Assembly: GCA_002633005.1 (NCBI GenBank)
Contig: NMRA01000482.1
Location: 77,462-141,461, forward strand
DNA length: 64,000 bases
From: Phoronis australis
Lineage: Eukaryota; Animalia; Phoronida
Direction of reading: 5' to 3'
The translations under genes and the position numbers were made by a program. This document shows, in pieces, positions 13,290-25,934 of this stretch (position 1 is the stretch's first letter; each line of letters starts with the position of its first letter). The notes beneath the pieces are model-generated. The model did not search any database. It saw only the letters and a list, made by a program, of their open reading frames with translations, and was not told the origin of the DNA.

Positions 13290-13960
13290 AGGTTCGTGTC
13301 CTTAGTCTATGGTTGATAATACCGGGCAGGCATTCGCCGCTGCACTGACATGCGCTCAAGAGAAGAGGTCATTTGGGTCACTGGAACTTAAGGAAATCCT
13401 TAAAGGAACAACCATGACCATACGTCCTGGACAGGTTATTCAAAATGTTGTGAACTGGAAGCGGCGTTCACTTGACAATTATGAGAAGTCATTTTGCTCT
13501 TTTCTGGGCATCTTGGACCCCACAACGTGGCCGATGGGATCTGGGCTAAGACATGGCGAGCACGAAATCGGGGATATTTGCGAGAGGTTTGGGCTGGTTG
13601 CCACAACGGCAATCAGGGGAATGTGTGAGTTCGTAGCAATGGAAGGGACGGTTCGAGTAGACAACCTACCAAGTGCTCTGCGACAACTAGAACTCCGCAT
13701 AAGACTCTTACTTGTAGTACAGCTGCTTGTCAGCCAGGATTCAGCGAAATGAATCGGGTTATAACAGACGCTCGCTCTTGTTTGTTATTAAAAGCTACCT
13801 TCAGCTTGATGTTTGGCAAGGTCAATGGTCCCCCGCTTTCCATGTTCGACCCACAACCTTACGCCATTGGTTGCGACAACACAGAACTGCTGATAGTTCA
13901 CAGTCCAGACCATGTAACTTGGAGAAGAACAAGACTGCCGACAAGAAAATTTGTGGAGGA
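13290..13960 (+). mobile_element. Decayed hAT-superfamily (ZNF862/KIAA1586-like) transposase C-terminal dimerisation region
   Basis: Frameshifted translation ILDPTTWP..HGEHEI..CERFGL / CSTAACQPGFSEMNRVITDARSCL..SLMFGKVNGPPLSMFDPQPYA matches the S(T)AxCERGFSxMN..R..L..LM..NGP hAT motif. Confidence 0.75.
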
Positions 13961-14002
13961 ATCTGTAACTAAACACTCTTATCTTTGGACAGGTCACTAG
14001 TA

Positions 14003-17000
14003 CCTGGTATGTTACTAACTTTAAAACTAAATGAAAATAAGAACAGCTGCTTACAAGAAAGCCCTACTTGGAGTATATGCATTATATATACGTGTGTAGC
14101 GCAGACACGTGTACGTTTTTGGCGTTCAGCTCATTAATAATACGTAAGTGCTTGTGTAACATCGTGTTTGTGTAATTTGTCTTTTAAGAGTATCCAATTA
14201 TGAAATTTTAGATTAATGTTACAAGATGTAGTAACATATTTTGGTGTTATACCTTAGGCGGAGGACACACCCAACGGGCGACTAGAAACGCCACCAGAAT
14301 ATCGTTTCTAAGCGTTACGGGTCTATTCTCCTTTGCAATTTTGTTGGGCCCCTCCGATTGGAATGCACGCTGACAGCTGCCTTCGAATATGTTTTGTTGG
14401 GCCCCCTTTCTGCGCCATCCTAGATCCGCCACCGCAGAATCGAAGTAAATACACACTCGTGTGTCAAAAATAGGCCTACATGTCTTTCGAGCTCAATAGA
14501 TTCTTAGAGCTCAAGGCGATAGGCAGGGCTTTGGATGCCTACGTACCTCAAATTTTACCACTACAGCAGTGATGTTTCTTCTAATAAAGTCCGAAGTAAT
14601 ACTATTTCTTCCTGGGCAATGTACTTATCTGGATCTCGCAGCTCATGGCACAAGGTTGTAACGTTACTTTCATTACCCCACAAAGAGTGAATTTCATAAA
14701 AATACCGCCAAAGGTCAAAATCATATCCTAAACACCCGTGGCTATGCAAGGTCATTTACCAGCAAACGATTCGGTCGATCTTCAAGAGGGTAAGGCAACC
14801 GCATGGAGCATAAGAGTGCGAGATAGCTACGTACATGTACACGGGGAGGCAATTTTGATGAGGACGCGTTTTGGGAAACTGATCAATGCTTGTCGTTCAT
14901 GTTACTATGGACTTTGCATGGGAAAAGACAAAGCAGCTTATTATTTTAAATGACTTATCTATTATATAAAATTCATCGTTTGCACAAACTCCGTCTCCCC
15001 CGCTCCACTACAGACCTTCGTTGCTCCCGTTTCGGCACCGCCTTGGTCCCAGGTATTGCACCGGCCCTTGTTTGGATTCGAGGTGTTCTATTTTTTTCTC
15101 GCGGGCCGTTTTTTCGCGGACGCGGAGGGAGGGTGGCCAGTTTCGTACCGGCCTTGGTGACGTCAGTCGGTCGGCTCAAAGGCCTGGGTGACATCACTCC
15201 ATTGGCTTAATTTCACTCCCTCCGGCTTCTGTCGCGTATATAATTCATCGGGCCTGTCGCCGCCAAAATTAATGATGCCTCACTAAAAAAAAATTACTCT
15301 TTCTTGAGTAAACTAAATTATTTACCCGGATGTTGGAAAATTGGCGTTCTTCAGTTATTCTGCTGCTAAAATTGCGATGCGCTTTGGGTGCCATTGCGTC
15401 ACCTATCGAGGTAATTTCCATGTTCTTCAATCAACTGTGGAGGTTGCGTACATGTCATAACAATCAGAAGTGGTTTCATTTCGTTACAAGTTTTTATTAT
15501 TTTAATACCAAAAAACAATTTCAGAAAATACTCTCGAGAGATATCTTAAAGTTTTGGGAAATGACGCGTACGTGCGCGTGTCACGACGGCAGATAGTAGG
15601 ATTTTCCTTTAAGGCGGAGAATTACGAAAAATATCGTTTATTAGATTTTGTTTACTTCTATAAACGGCTGTAACAGGCACTGTGAATGTCGAATCATACC
15701 CAGATTCTGCATGCACCCNCCTGGTATGTAACTAACTTTAAAACTAAATGAAAATAAGAACAGCTGCTTGCAAGAAAGCCCTACTTGGAGTATATGCATT
15801 ATATATACGTGTGTAGCGCAGACACGTGTGCGTTTTTGGCGTTCAGCTCATTAATAATACGTAAGTGCTTGTGTAACATCGTGTTTGTGTAATTTGTCTT
15901 TTAAGAGTATCCAGTTATGAAATTTTAGATTAATGTTACAAGATAAAGTAACATATTTTGGTGTTATACCTTAGGCGGAGGACACACCCAACGGGCGACT
16001 AGAAACGCCACCAGAATATCGTTTCTAAGCGTTACGGGTCTATTCTCGTTTGCAATTGTGTTGGGCCCCTATTCAGAGACCGATTGGAATGCACGCTGAC
16101 CGCTGCCTTCGAATATGTTTTGTTGGACCCCCTTTCTGCGCCATCCTAGATCCGCCACCGCAGAATCGAAGTAAATACACACTCGTGTGTCAAAAATAGG
16201 CCTACGTGTCTTTCGAGCTCAGTAGATTCTTAGAGCTCAAGGCAATAGGTAGGGCTTTGGATGCCTACGTACCTCTAATTTTACCACTACAGCAGTGATG
16301 TTTCTTCTAATAAAGTCCGAAGTAATACTATTTCTTCTCGGACAATGTACTTATCTGGATCTCGCAGCCCATGGCAGAAGGTTGTAACGTTACTTTCATT
16401 ACCCCACAAAGAGTGAATTTCATAAAAATACCGCCAAAGGTCAAAATCATATCCTAAACACCCGTGGCTATGCAAGGTCATTTACCAGCAAATGATTCGG
16501 TCGATCTTCAAGAGGGTAAGGCAACCGCATGGAGCATAAGAGTGTGAGATAGCTATGTACATGTACATGGGGAGGCAATTTTGATGAGGACGCGTTTTGG
16601 GAAAATGATCAATGCTTGTCGTTCATGTTACTATGGACTTTGCATGGGAAAAGACAAAGCAGCTTATTATTTAAAATGACTTATCTATTATATAAAATGC
16701 ATCGTTTGCACAAACTCCGTCTCCTCCGCTCCACTACAGACCTTCGTTGCGCCCGTTTCGGCACCGCCTTGGTCCCAGGTATTGCACCGGCCCTTGTTTG
16801 GATTCGAGGTGTTCTATTTTTTCTCGCGGGCCGTTTTTTCGCGGACGCGGAGGGAGGGTGGCCAGTTTCGTACCGGCCTTGGTGACGTCAGTCGGTCGGC
16901 TCAAAGGCCTGGGTGACATCACTCCATTGGCTTAATTTCACTCCCTCCGGCTTCTGTCGAGTATATAATTCATCGGGCCTGTCGCCGCCAAAATTAATGA

Positions 17001-17445
17001 TGCCTCACTAAAAAAAAATTACTCTTTCTTGAGTAAACTAAATTATTTACCCGGATGTTGGAAAATTGGCGTTCTTCAGTTATTCTGCTGCTAAAATTGC
17101 GATGCGCTTTGGGTGCCATTGCGTCACCTATCGAGGTAATTTCCATGTTCTTCAATCAACTGTGGAGGTTGCGTACATGTCATAACAATCAGAAGTGGTT
17201 TCATTTCGTTACAAGTTTTTATTATTTTAATACCAAAAAAAACGATTTCAGAAAAAACTCTCGAGAGATATCTTAAAGTTTTGGGAAATGACGCGTACGT
17301 GCGCGTGTCACGACGGCAGATAGTAGGATTTTCCTTTAAGGCGGAGAATTACGAAAAATGTCGTTTATTAGATTTTGTTTACTTCTATAAACGGCTGTAA
17401 CTGGCACTGTGAATGTCGAATCATACCCAGATTCTGCATGCACCC
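14003..17445. repeat. Two near-identical ~1.72-kb tandem copies (14003-15718; 15720-17445) separated by a single N; probable haplotype/assembly duplication
   Basis: Both copies start CCTGGTATGT..CTAACTTTAAAAC and end GCATGCACCC. They differ by scattered SNPs/indels, and the junction is exactly at N15719. Confidence 0.85.
17051..17127 (-). CDS. Candidate exon (77 nt, phase 1 to 0); duplicated at 15326-15402
   Basis: ctcgatag|GT ... CGG|gtaaat; open frame (G)DAMAPKAHRNFSSRITEERQFSNIR; phase fits the 17427-17517 exon. Confidence 0.3.
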
Positions 17446-17517
17446 TTGCAGGTTGCTAACTCTGAATTCACGATGAGGTGACGAGCTGAGCACCCCGGTT
17501 GTGTGAAATTTCGGTGT
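17427..17517 (-). CDS. Candidate exon (91 nt, phase 0 to 1)
   Basis: ctcctttag|ACA ... CTGG|gtatga; open frame TPKFHTTGVLSSSPHREFRVSNLQGCMQNL(G). Confidence 0.35.
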
Positions 17518-17631
17518 CTAAAGGAGCTCTACACATGGCTACCTAGCTGTATGTTGACGACAGTCCTCATACAGCTAGTTGGCTTTCTACCTCAGTATGT
17601 ACATTTATGATGCAAGTTCTGTAAATACATC

Positions 17632-17788
17632 CAGGTGCGGATCCAGGATTTTGAGTTGGAGAACACGGCAGATAGAGTATATAGAATTTTGCCCTTCAGA
17701 TATTCGCACCCCCGGACTGCCAAATGGAATCTGGGAAAATTTTATGGGGGCCACGACCCCCTTGCCCCCCTCTCTAAATCCGCCACTG
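17632..17788 (-). mobile_element. Mini TIR element, same family as 5212/5835
   Basis: Termini CAGGTGCGGATCCAGG / CTAAATCCGCCACTG; exact 5-bp TSD ACATC. Confidence 0.8.
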
Positions 17789-17950
17789 ACATCTATATAC
17801 TTTGTATACTATACAATATTTTAAATGCATTATTAGTTATCACTTTAAACTGAAGAATATCTGATTACCGTACTTTGTGTCACGGCAGGGTCAAATGCTT
17901 TGGAAAGAACTAGGGGAAGAACCCCACAGCCGCACACCTCAATTGCTTAC

Positions 17951-18083
17951 TAAAATCTGACAGGTGACAGAAATTCTGCTTGAAGCTTTGAACACGGTCT
18001 CTTCAAGAAGTATTCCTGTCTCTTGCGATGAACACTCGATCGGTTCACTCCCAGGTGTAGCTATTTCTCCTTGGCGTTTCCCA
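17951..18083 (-). CDS. Candidate exon (133 nt, phase 2 to 0)
   Basis: gctgctag|T ... TTA|gtaagc; open frame (S)GKRQGEIATPGSEPIECSSQETGILLEETVFKASSRISVTCQIL; phase fits the 18617-18801 exon. Confidence 0.4.
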
Positions 18084-18139
18084 CTAGCAGCTAGTTTTAT
18101 TAAAATGACATAGGCAAAAATTGAATGTCGGGCGTTAAA

Positions 18140-18490
18140 AGCGGGGCGATCTATATTAATATAGACTGCCGCGCCGAAAGGCGGCCGTAGAGCGGGGCCC
18201 TCCTATGTTAATATCAGTCAGCCCCGCTCTCCTGCCGCCATTTGCCGAGGCCCCTTATATTATTAGAGGAGGCCTCGCTGAAAAGCGATCGAAAAGCAGG
18301 GCCCCTATATTAAAACAAGGAGCCTCGCCGGAAGGCAGCTGGACACCGGGGCCCCCTATGGGCCCCGCTCTCCGGCCATTTTCCGAAGAGGCGCCTATAT
18401 TAATATGAGTGACCCAGCCCGACGAGTGAGGCCGTCAATTTTAATATAGGCAGCCCACTTGAAGGGGGCTACAGAGTCTATAGGCCGCCG
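18140..18490. repeat. GC-rich degenerate internal-repeat element (recurring CCTATATTAA and GCCCCGCTCTCC motifs)
   Basis: About six imperfect recurrences of CCCTAT(A/G)TTAA(T/A) with GC-rich spacers, partly inverted. Confidence 0.55.
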
Positions 18491-18616
18491 AAGAGAAATT
18501 TTGATGAGGACTTCGTTCAAGTTACTATAAACTTTGCATGGGAAAAGACAATATGTTTAAGGTCATGAAGAGATATTTAAATTATGGAGAATTAATGTTC
18601 CCAAAATGTGAAATAC

Positions 18617-18801
18617 CTGCAGGAAAGCTCAAGCTTGGCCGATGAACTGAGAGTGTTGTTCACGTTTGCATGCGCTAATGTTGTGAAATCATTGAGGCCT
18701 TCAGAGTAAAATTTCGGCTGGCCTTCAGGTATGATCGCGTCATGTAAAGAGCCTGCGTCCAGCTGCGGGAAACTGCCTACAGCAAACTTCACAGAATATG
18801 C
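18617..18801 (-). CDS. Candidate exon (185 nt, phase 0 to 2) of the uncharacterised gene
   Basis: Strong acceptor tctctttcag|GCA and donor CAG|gtattt. Only one frame is open: AYSVKFAVGSFPQLDAGSLHDAIIPEGQPKFYSEGLNDFTTLAHANVNNTLSSSAKLELSC. Confidence 0.5.
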
Positions 18802-19486
18802 CTGAAAGAGATTGATACATGTCCAAACTTAGCCTGGTTTCCACAATAAAACTGTTGTCGACTGTTGATGTCGTCCTGTGCTTGCCGGCGTAGCAATACA
18901 TTCTGACGACGTGACGTCAGAGAATGACCACGGTTCGTTTTTAACGTCGAAAAATGACATTCGATCGTTTAATGGAATCTACATGTACTTTTAATGTGAA
19001 AATCATAGAATATGACTTCATGCGTCATTTTTCCGCAAATACGTATTGTCGGCCGGTCAGTAAAATGAACCGTCCCCCTTATCTGGAAAACTGGTCTTAC
19101 TAATATGATACCTGTGAGTTAAGTATGTCTACCGCCTTATTTAGAGATCGATATTGTGGATTGGAAGTTGAAAATTAAGATCTTTGCTTAGCGAAATTTC
19201 ATTTCTATAGGCAAAGACGGCAAAAGGTTAAGCCCAAATTTCAGTCATTTTTACGGAAGGTTTATGATTACCACAACCTAGAAAAATATCAATTTACAAT
19301 TATAAAGTGGTGTCTGAGAGATTCCAGGCACGGTGGTCTGTTTTTTGCATAGTAATTAGTTTTTATAGGGTTCCATAACGTTTCTAATCTGTTTGATGCA
19401 TTTGATTAGATTTCATCTTGCTGTACAACTATGTACATGTACTTGTTGGTTGAATTAATAAATGTTTTTACCTAAAAATATGTTAC

Positions 19487-19669
19487 CTTTTTGCATTGAA
19501 GGGAGACTTGGCATGGAGGTACACGCAAGATTGAAACGTACGAGGGAGGACATAAATTAGCGCAAAGCTTTTCATTTGCAAGTCAACTGTCAAGACTAAT
19601 GGGATTTGGGCATGTTTCGGAGCTGCAACCAGCCGGGAGAGGTAAGAGCTTCCGGGTGAAGGACAAAGA
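19487..19669 (-). CDS. Candidate exon (183 nt)
   Basis: Acceptor gattttcag| and donor AAG|gtaaca. Open in phase 2 (LCPSPGSSYLSRLVAAPK...SPFNAK); the phase-0 reading has a single TGA. Confidence 0.3.
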
Positions 19670-20999
19670 CTGAAAATCGGTGACTACCAGCAGGATTGCA
19701 TATAAATTTGTGTTCAGCCCTAATATCAAAGTCGGCTTCGCCCAGATGCGTACCAAGGAGGTAAGAAGAGGCCCTTCCCCACGTGCTGTCGCCATTGTTC
19801 GGAAACTTCCCTCGGTTTTTGCGAACTATTTGCTAGGCTCCCACAATATTCCTTAAAGGATGCCAAACCCGAGTTTGGCCTATGAGTATTAATAGATACT
19901 AAATCGATTTTCCCGTCCAGTTTTCTGAAACAAAGTAATACATGTACGCTGGCCTCAAAAGTTTGGAGGGAAATTTGAGAACTCCTCTCAAGTTCTGCTA
20001 AACGGGGTAGCGTGACGAAAGCTTTTAGCGAATTACGCGGCTACTGTGGGAAAGACCACCCACCAAGGACCATAATGTCCAATTTGTGAAATAAGGGGTT
20101 GTTTTTTAGTTGATTCTTGCTGTTATTTTTCAATATTGACGCCAATGATACATGAGCAGGTGACAAAACGGTGATTGACTGAAGTCACCAAAACAGGTTT
20201 TAGTATCAGGTGATAGTAATTTCTAACATAGGGAGAAGTGAAGACTTAATTCATAATCACTTTGCCAAGTACAATTACAAAACATTGGATATGCAAGGCA
20301 GGAAACCCTAAAGCCTTCGCCATATTGAATTCTGTATCTGTCATTAACTGCCTATTGATATTATTTGATATTTCGCTGACTTTCTTTTTCAGTATCGCAT
20401 GACCTTGCCAAATTTACCCTTCAGGCAGTTGTTATTTGAGAACGTTTTGCGACATTGGCGCAATGTTATTATGAGGGACGATCGGGCAGTGCGTAGCACT
20501 CACGGGCGCACTCGCACACACACCAAAATCCAATAAAATAGCAAGATTTCGGTTTTGTTGTTGCCGTCCAGTCCTTGTGTAAGGAAATTGCTAGTTTTTA
20601 ACCCTGATCTGCATTTTCTCGTTTTCAGGTTATTCCGATCCCCACGTTATAGATGTGATTGGGTGCTTATATTTTATTTCTGAGCGGACCTTTGCACATG
20701 ATTTTATCAACAGACCTGGACAACATGTTTTGAAGTTTTTGTTTTCCTGCGACGTTAGTCCGTACAAGACCACTTACAAAGTGAATATACCTCAGATGAC
20801 AATGTGCGAACTAAAAACGTTTGTGAGATCAAGGGTTCCGGTGTCATCTCTGCTTTTTCGTAATTTCAAATTAAAAAAGTGTTTTGTGCCATTTGGGTCG
20901 TTTTCAATTGATTTTTATAGCATTTTTGAAAGTGAAATTAGATCATTTTAATGTAAAATAACTGTGGTAACATAGTGGTATGCATTTAAAAGAATTATG

Positions 21000-21900
21000 A
21001 ACAGCGCTGCATTCTCTCTGCGCTTTCCATCCTCACTGTGGTAATCCATCAGTTTTGGCGGACGTCGGCGGTGTTGTGATTTGAAACGCCAGGTTTCGCT
21101 TTCAGCATTGCTGTCTTAGGGGTTTTAGTTATCGAAAGATGTCGGTTGCGGTGACGTCGGCGGCGCTGTGAACGATGGGTGGTATCTTCGGCTCATCAGT
21201 GATGTTTTACTCGTTTACCCCTTTGCGCCGGGGTCGCTGGAGTGGACGTAGCAATTGGCAGTGTTGGTTGCGGCATTGTTAAAACACCATTAATACCGCG
21301 TTCGACATTGATTGTTGTAGGCTGGCCAATGTTATCAGCAGTGGCGTCAGCGTTGTTGTCATGTTCGGTGTAGTCGATGTGGTTGTTACTGGCATCGGTG
21401 TCGTTCTTATCGGCAGTGCTTTGTCGTCTTTGTTAACGAGTCAGAGTCAAAGTCGTTGCTGACGGCATTTTCGGTGTTTTTGTTTGTGCCAGCGTCATCA
21501 ACTATGCCTTGGTCGTCTTCAGTATTATAACCGTCGTCGTCGTTGTCGTTGGAAATTACCGATGAATTACGGATGGACAGCGTTATCGACATCGTGACTT
21601 TACACGACAAACTGGCAATTTCCGTACCGTCCTTGACCTCGAGCCGTCCAAGATGGAAGTGTGTTTGGGCTTTTTGTGAACATTTTTGTTCTTTGACTGA
21701 GAATTTCTTACGAAGTCGGCCGGAACTGGAGACCGTGAAAGGTATTGGAAGAAAGAACAATTGCCAATGATTTTTTGAAACCTTGTTTTGTGTAAATTTA
21801 TTGAGTTTTATGTTAGCTTTGGAGGCCCTGAAGTGAAGCACCCGCGGAATTTCTAGTCCGCTCAGTGACTACAACTGCTGCTCCTTTTGGATGAGTTTTA
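21000..21900 (-). pseudogene. Decayed low-complexity (Asp/Asn/Thr/Pro-rich) coding remnant
   Basis: The 144-aa ORF 21407-21841 (..SNDNDDDGYNTEDDQG..) continues after a frameshift as DTDASNNHIDYTEHDNNADATADN..PTLPIATSTPATRRK with in-frame stops. Confidence 0.35.
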
Positions 21901-24900
21901 TAAGATACTGCGAAGCGCAGTTGTACCAGAAGAAAGTGTTCTTTTGTGACGAGTGACGTGACGGACAGTGGATGTAGTTGTCACAACCCAAATTATCATC
22001 AAGTTGCGGCAGCTAAGGTTGAAAAGCATGCATACTTTAGAAAGTATTTAGACTATTTAAATGTACCGGTGAGTTCCTCTTTGCTTGTCAAATCAAGAAC
22101 AAAATTTCAGGTATGTTAATCCCGCTGTAAAGCAAAATAAGAAATACAGGACTACGGTCCCACGTGACCAGCCCCCATTGCTTATTGTTTTTCGCTTTTC
22201 GACATCGAGCTTTCCAAACCAGACTGCGGAAATTCAGAACAAATTTAGTATTTTGATCATTGTCTATAAATGTGCGATCACTGAATTAGTTTTTACGATA
22301 AAACTGCTTAAACAGAGACACCCGGACTGAAAAACTTGAAATTTGAATGTGTTACTGAAAAGCCATCTCTAATCAAATGAATGATTTAAATCCTTTTGAA
22401 ACGGAGAAATTCGTTGAACGATGCCCGATTTATATTTTAAGGCTTTAACAGTTTTTCTCCTTTTACTGGTTTTCGTACATGTACGTAAACCTTTTTTTGT
22501 GTTTCAAGTACTTCAATATTTAAAATCTTGGCTCTACACAAAAGTTATACAGATTTTTTTCTTTTAATGCCCCATGCGTTTGATATGAAATGGAAAAAAC
22601 AAAACCACTGTCTTAGTTTTTGAGGCACTTTAACATAGATCACGATTGCTCCGCTGCATATTATTTTAAAAAGTTCACGTTATGTTGCTGGTAATGTGAG
22701 ATAAGTTTTGTTGAATAAACTTAAGCAGAAATCCTATCAAAGTAAACGTTTTACCTCAACTTAAAAACCGCGATGTCTACACTGGTGTTCACGCTGATTT
22801 TCATATTTAGTGGGACGTCATTGTGGAAATTGCTGTCACGTGTTGTATGCATTTTAGCGCTTTAGTCAGTAACAAAAATTCAGAGCAAAATCATCATTAT
22901 GAAATTCAGTTATGTGTTATTTGAAATGAGAAATAATACTCAAACAATTTTAATTAATCACAAAACAACTATTTTTTGGGGGTTTTGTGGCAAAACTATG
23001 ACGAATACCCGTTTGGTGGGAGAAGGGGCGAAAATATTTTTGTCAGTTTGGATAGGTTTGATTAACCTACTTCATAATTTGGATTTTTAACATAAGACAT
23101 ATATAAAAAAAGGAAATGGCTCTATATAAGAACTAGATAGGACTATTTTCAGAGGATTACACTACTTGAGATCAACAGTTAACGAAGCAATTCATACCAA
23201 TGTGGTCCACCGAGTTCCTAGTCTTAAAGAGATGGAATCTGTATTACGACCGAAAAACGCATTTTATGTTTATTTATGGGAAAATTTGGCGTTTTGTAGT
23301 TTTTTGTTTTAACTTTAGATGTAAAACACTAAAATATGTTGTTTTATGATTTTTAACAAAGACCCAGTCGAAATCGCGCTGGCGATCTCGCCAGCTGTTT
23401 CGTTACCAGGTGCCGTGAAGATGGCCTACGCGGAGGACACGTATATATATTTTGTTGTCCATGTTTTTGTCTTTGATACTAGCTTGAGCATTTAATTTTA
23501 ATAACTGAACTTTACATATAGATATCTCCACTGTTTCAGTTCATTTCCATGCATAACACGCACTTCAAATGGCTGACCTGTGCTAGTGAGGTTACATCTA
23601 CACATTGAAGACGCATTAAACACACTTTCCACGAAAGAACATATTTTTAATAAGACCACTGTGTAACTTACTCAGATTAAAATTGATCTGGATTTGGTTT
23701 GCACTGAACTTTCAGTTCGTCATTGCCTTTGACCACTCACTCATGAAATGAGCCGCCGTGTCAACCAAATTGAGACTGGTTTCAAACACTAATAAACTGT
23801 CAGTTTATCACCCAGGTCAGAGATCAACTTTAATCTGAATAAAGAACAAATTGGCATCAGTTATATAATCGTCTATTGTGACGGAATGTTGTGAAAGCAG
23901 TTTAAATAAGTTCTCGACATCACTTACCACAAGGAACAAACCCAAAAAGGTCTTCATCTTGTCTGTCCTCGTCAACAAATCCACTGTGTTCATTAGATTG
24001 ATAATAGACCAATTGTCCGTCGAAGTTGGCGTTGTCGGGTCTATTTAAGACTGTGGGGTGCGTTTCGACGGCGAAGACACGTTGGTGGGAGCGTTGCCCT
24101 CAAGCCACCAATAGAAATTGCTTCTTTCATGTCCTCACTTCAAATTGTGCTTTTGGGAAAAACTTAATAATATCCATTTACTTGGTAAACACAAACTGGC
24201 ACGAGGAGTTTTGTCTGATGGTAAACAACAATGCACTGCAGCAAATTTTCGCATCTGGGGGTTTCAGTGTTTCGCTGGCTACTGAGATTTTATCGACATC
24301 GCCAAGGTCTCAGGGATCACTGGAAGAATCTTAACAATTAACATTTTAAGGCGTCTTACGTGAAACCTACATGGTAACAGGTGTAGTGACTGAACGTTTT
24401 TTGACGACCAGCGTACATGTAAGTGCTAGGAATGGTGCATTAAAAAAAAAATGAATACGCCGGGTGAAAATGTTGTGCAATAATTAATGTTTTCTCTCTC
24501 AGTTACGGGGTTGAGAGTGACAGAATGGTCTATTCATGGATGTAAAGCGCTATGCATGCAATTCAAATTGAATTGTTTGTATGAAATGCATTACAGGTAC
24601 TAAAAAGAAGGTTGCTTTTACATATAATTGTCGCACCCGACAATATGCCCTGAACATTGATGGGCGCCCGGACGACTGTATGTGTGACCAAGGTTTTGGC
24701 ACATAGGCGGATCAAGAGTCCGAAAATCAAAAACTAGTCTGTAGCAAGTTGAACGGGGCAAAGATGCGGTGACGACGACGACGCCGATGAGGAAGATGAT
24801 GATGAAAACGTGTTTTACACCGTACCACGTACGATAGAGAATCTACAATGATTTTTCAGATTTGAAGAGAAGAACATAAACTAGACGGATATCGAGAGAA

Positions 24901-25676
24901 CTCTGCCAAACTTAGTTAACTTCTTGTTAGAATTATTTTGCAATTTTGTCGAACTTAATGACGGAACATGAACGCACGTGTTCGTGTTGAGTTCAACCAC
25001 GTGCAGTCAGATACAGTACGGCGGATTGAAGAGATGGGATATTAGTTTGTTTCACTTATAGAGTGTAAATAGATAAAATACTCTCTTTTTGAACGTAGAT
25101 TTGTGTTACATTTATTTCCGTAGATACCATGTACTTCGACGTTGTAAACATTTGTTCATCGTCACAATCTACAAAATTTCAGTGTGCCTCTTTTATATCT
25201 CTTTATAGCAAATAGTTTAAATCTTATAAATTTATAAATAAAAGAGTATAGTAATATAAGCCTCTACGAATGCCGGAAAAACGAGGTCAGTGATCAGAGA
25301 CATGATCCCAACCGTAATTCTATACAAACTCCAACATTTGATATCAATGCCAAGTAATTGTGTTATCAAATCTGCTTAAATTCAATTAATACAACTGAAT
25401 ATTAATAAAATAACAGGATTACTACTAGATGCAGTACTTTTAGTCCTTAAAATCTCAAAAAGTTTATTAAGAAAAGTTCCAGTAAATTCAACATTATTTG
25501 ATGTGTAAAAGCATCACAGTTATATGACCACACATTCCCATCGTTTTTCTCAAACACCTATAAAGTGGCATAGCACGTGAAAAACAGACTAAAATGCATT
25601 TTTCAAAGTGATTATATTCCACTAAAACAACAGGCAAACTTTTCACCAGGTATTTTTACAGTTTATTTGTAAAATC

Positions 25677-25934
25677 CATGCACTCACCTAGCCTTTAATA
25701 TGGGGGGCTCGAATATCTGACGAAGTGGACCTTTTGCTAACGAAAATGCTGCCGGAGACTAAAAAAAAACGGGGTACCACCTTCAGAACTGTGAACTGTG
25801 AGTAAGCGCCTTTTCAAGTGGACTTTTGTCTCGTTTTCTCGGACTTTTTGTTTCTCACAGGCGGACCCACTTCACCAAATAAGGGGGCTCCTTCGAGCCC
25901 CCCTGCCAGAGCCCCCCCCGTGGGTGCGCGCATG
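25677..25934 (-). mobile_element. MITE, inverted relative of 4554-4855
   Basis: Termini CATGCACTCACCTA / TGGGTGCGCGCATG; exact 5-bp TSD AAATC; internal similarity (GGGGCTCGAAT, GTGGACCTTTT, GGACTTTTTGTTT) to the 4.6-kb copy. Confidence 0.8.

Noticed and set aside
14950-15210. Overlapping ORFs on both strands in a GC-rich patch (and its duplicate at 16616-16935)
   Set aside because: Stop-poor because of local GC richness in a repeat-like insert; no protein features.
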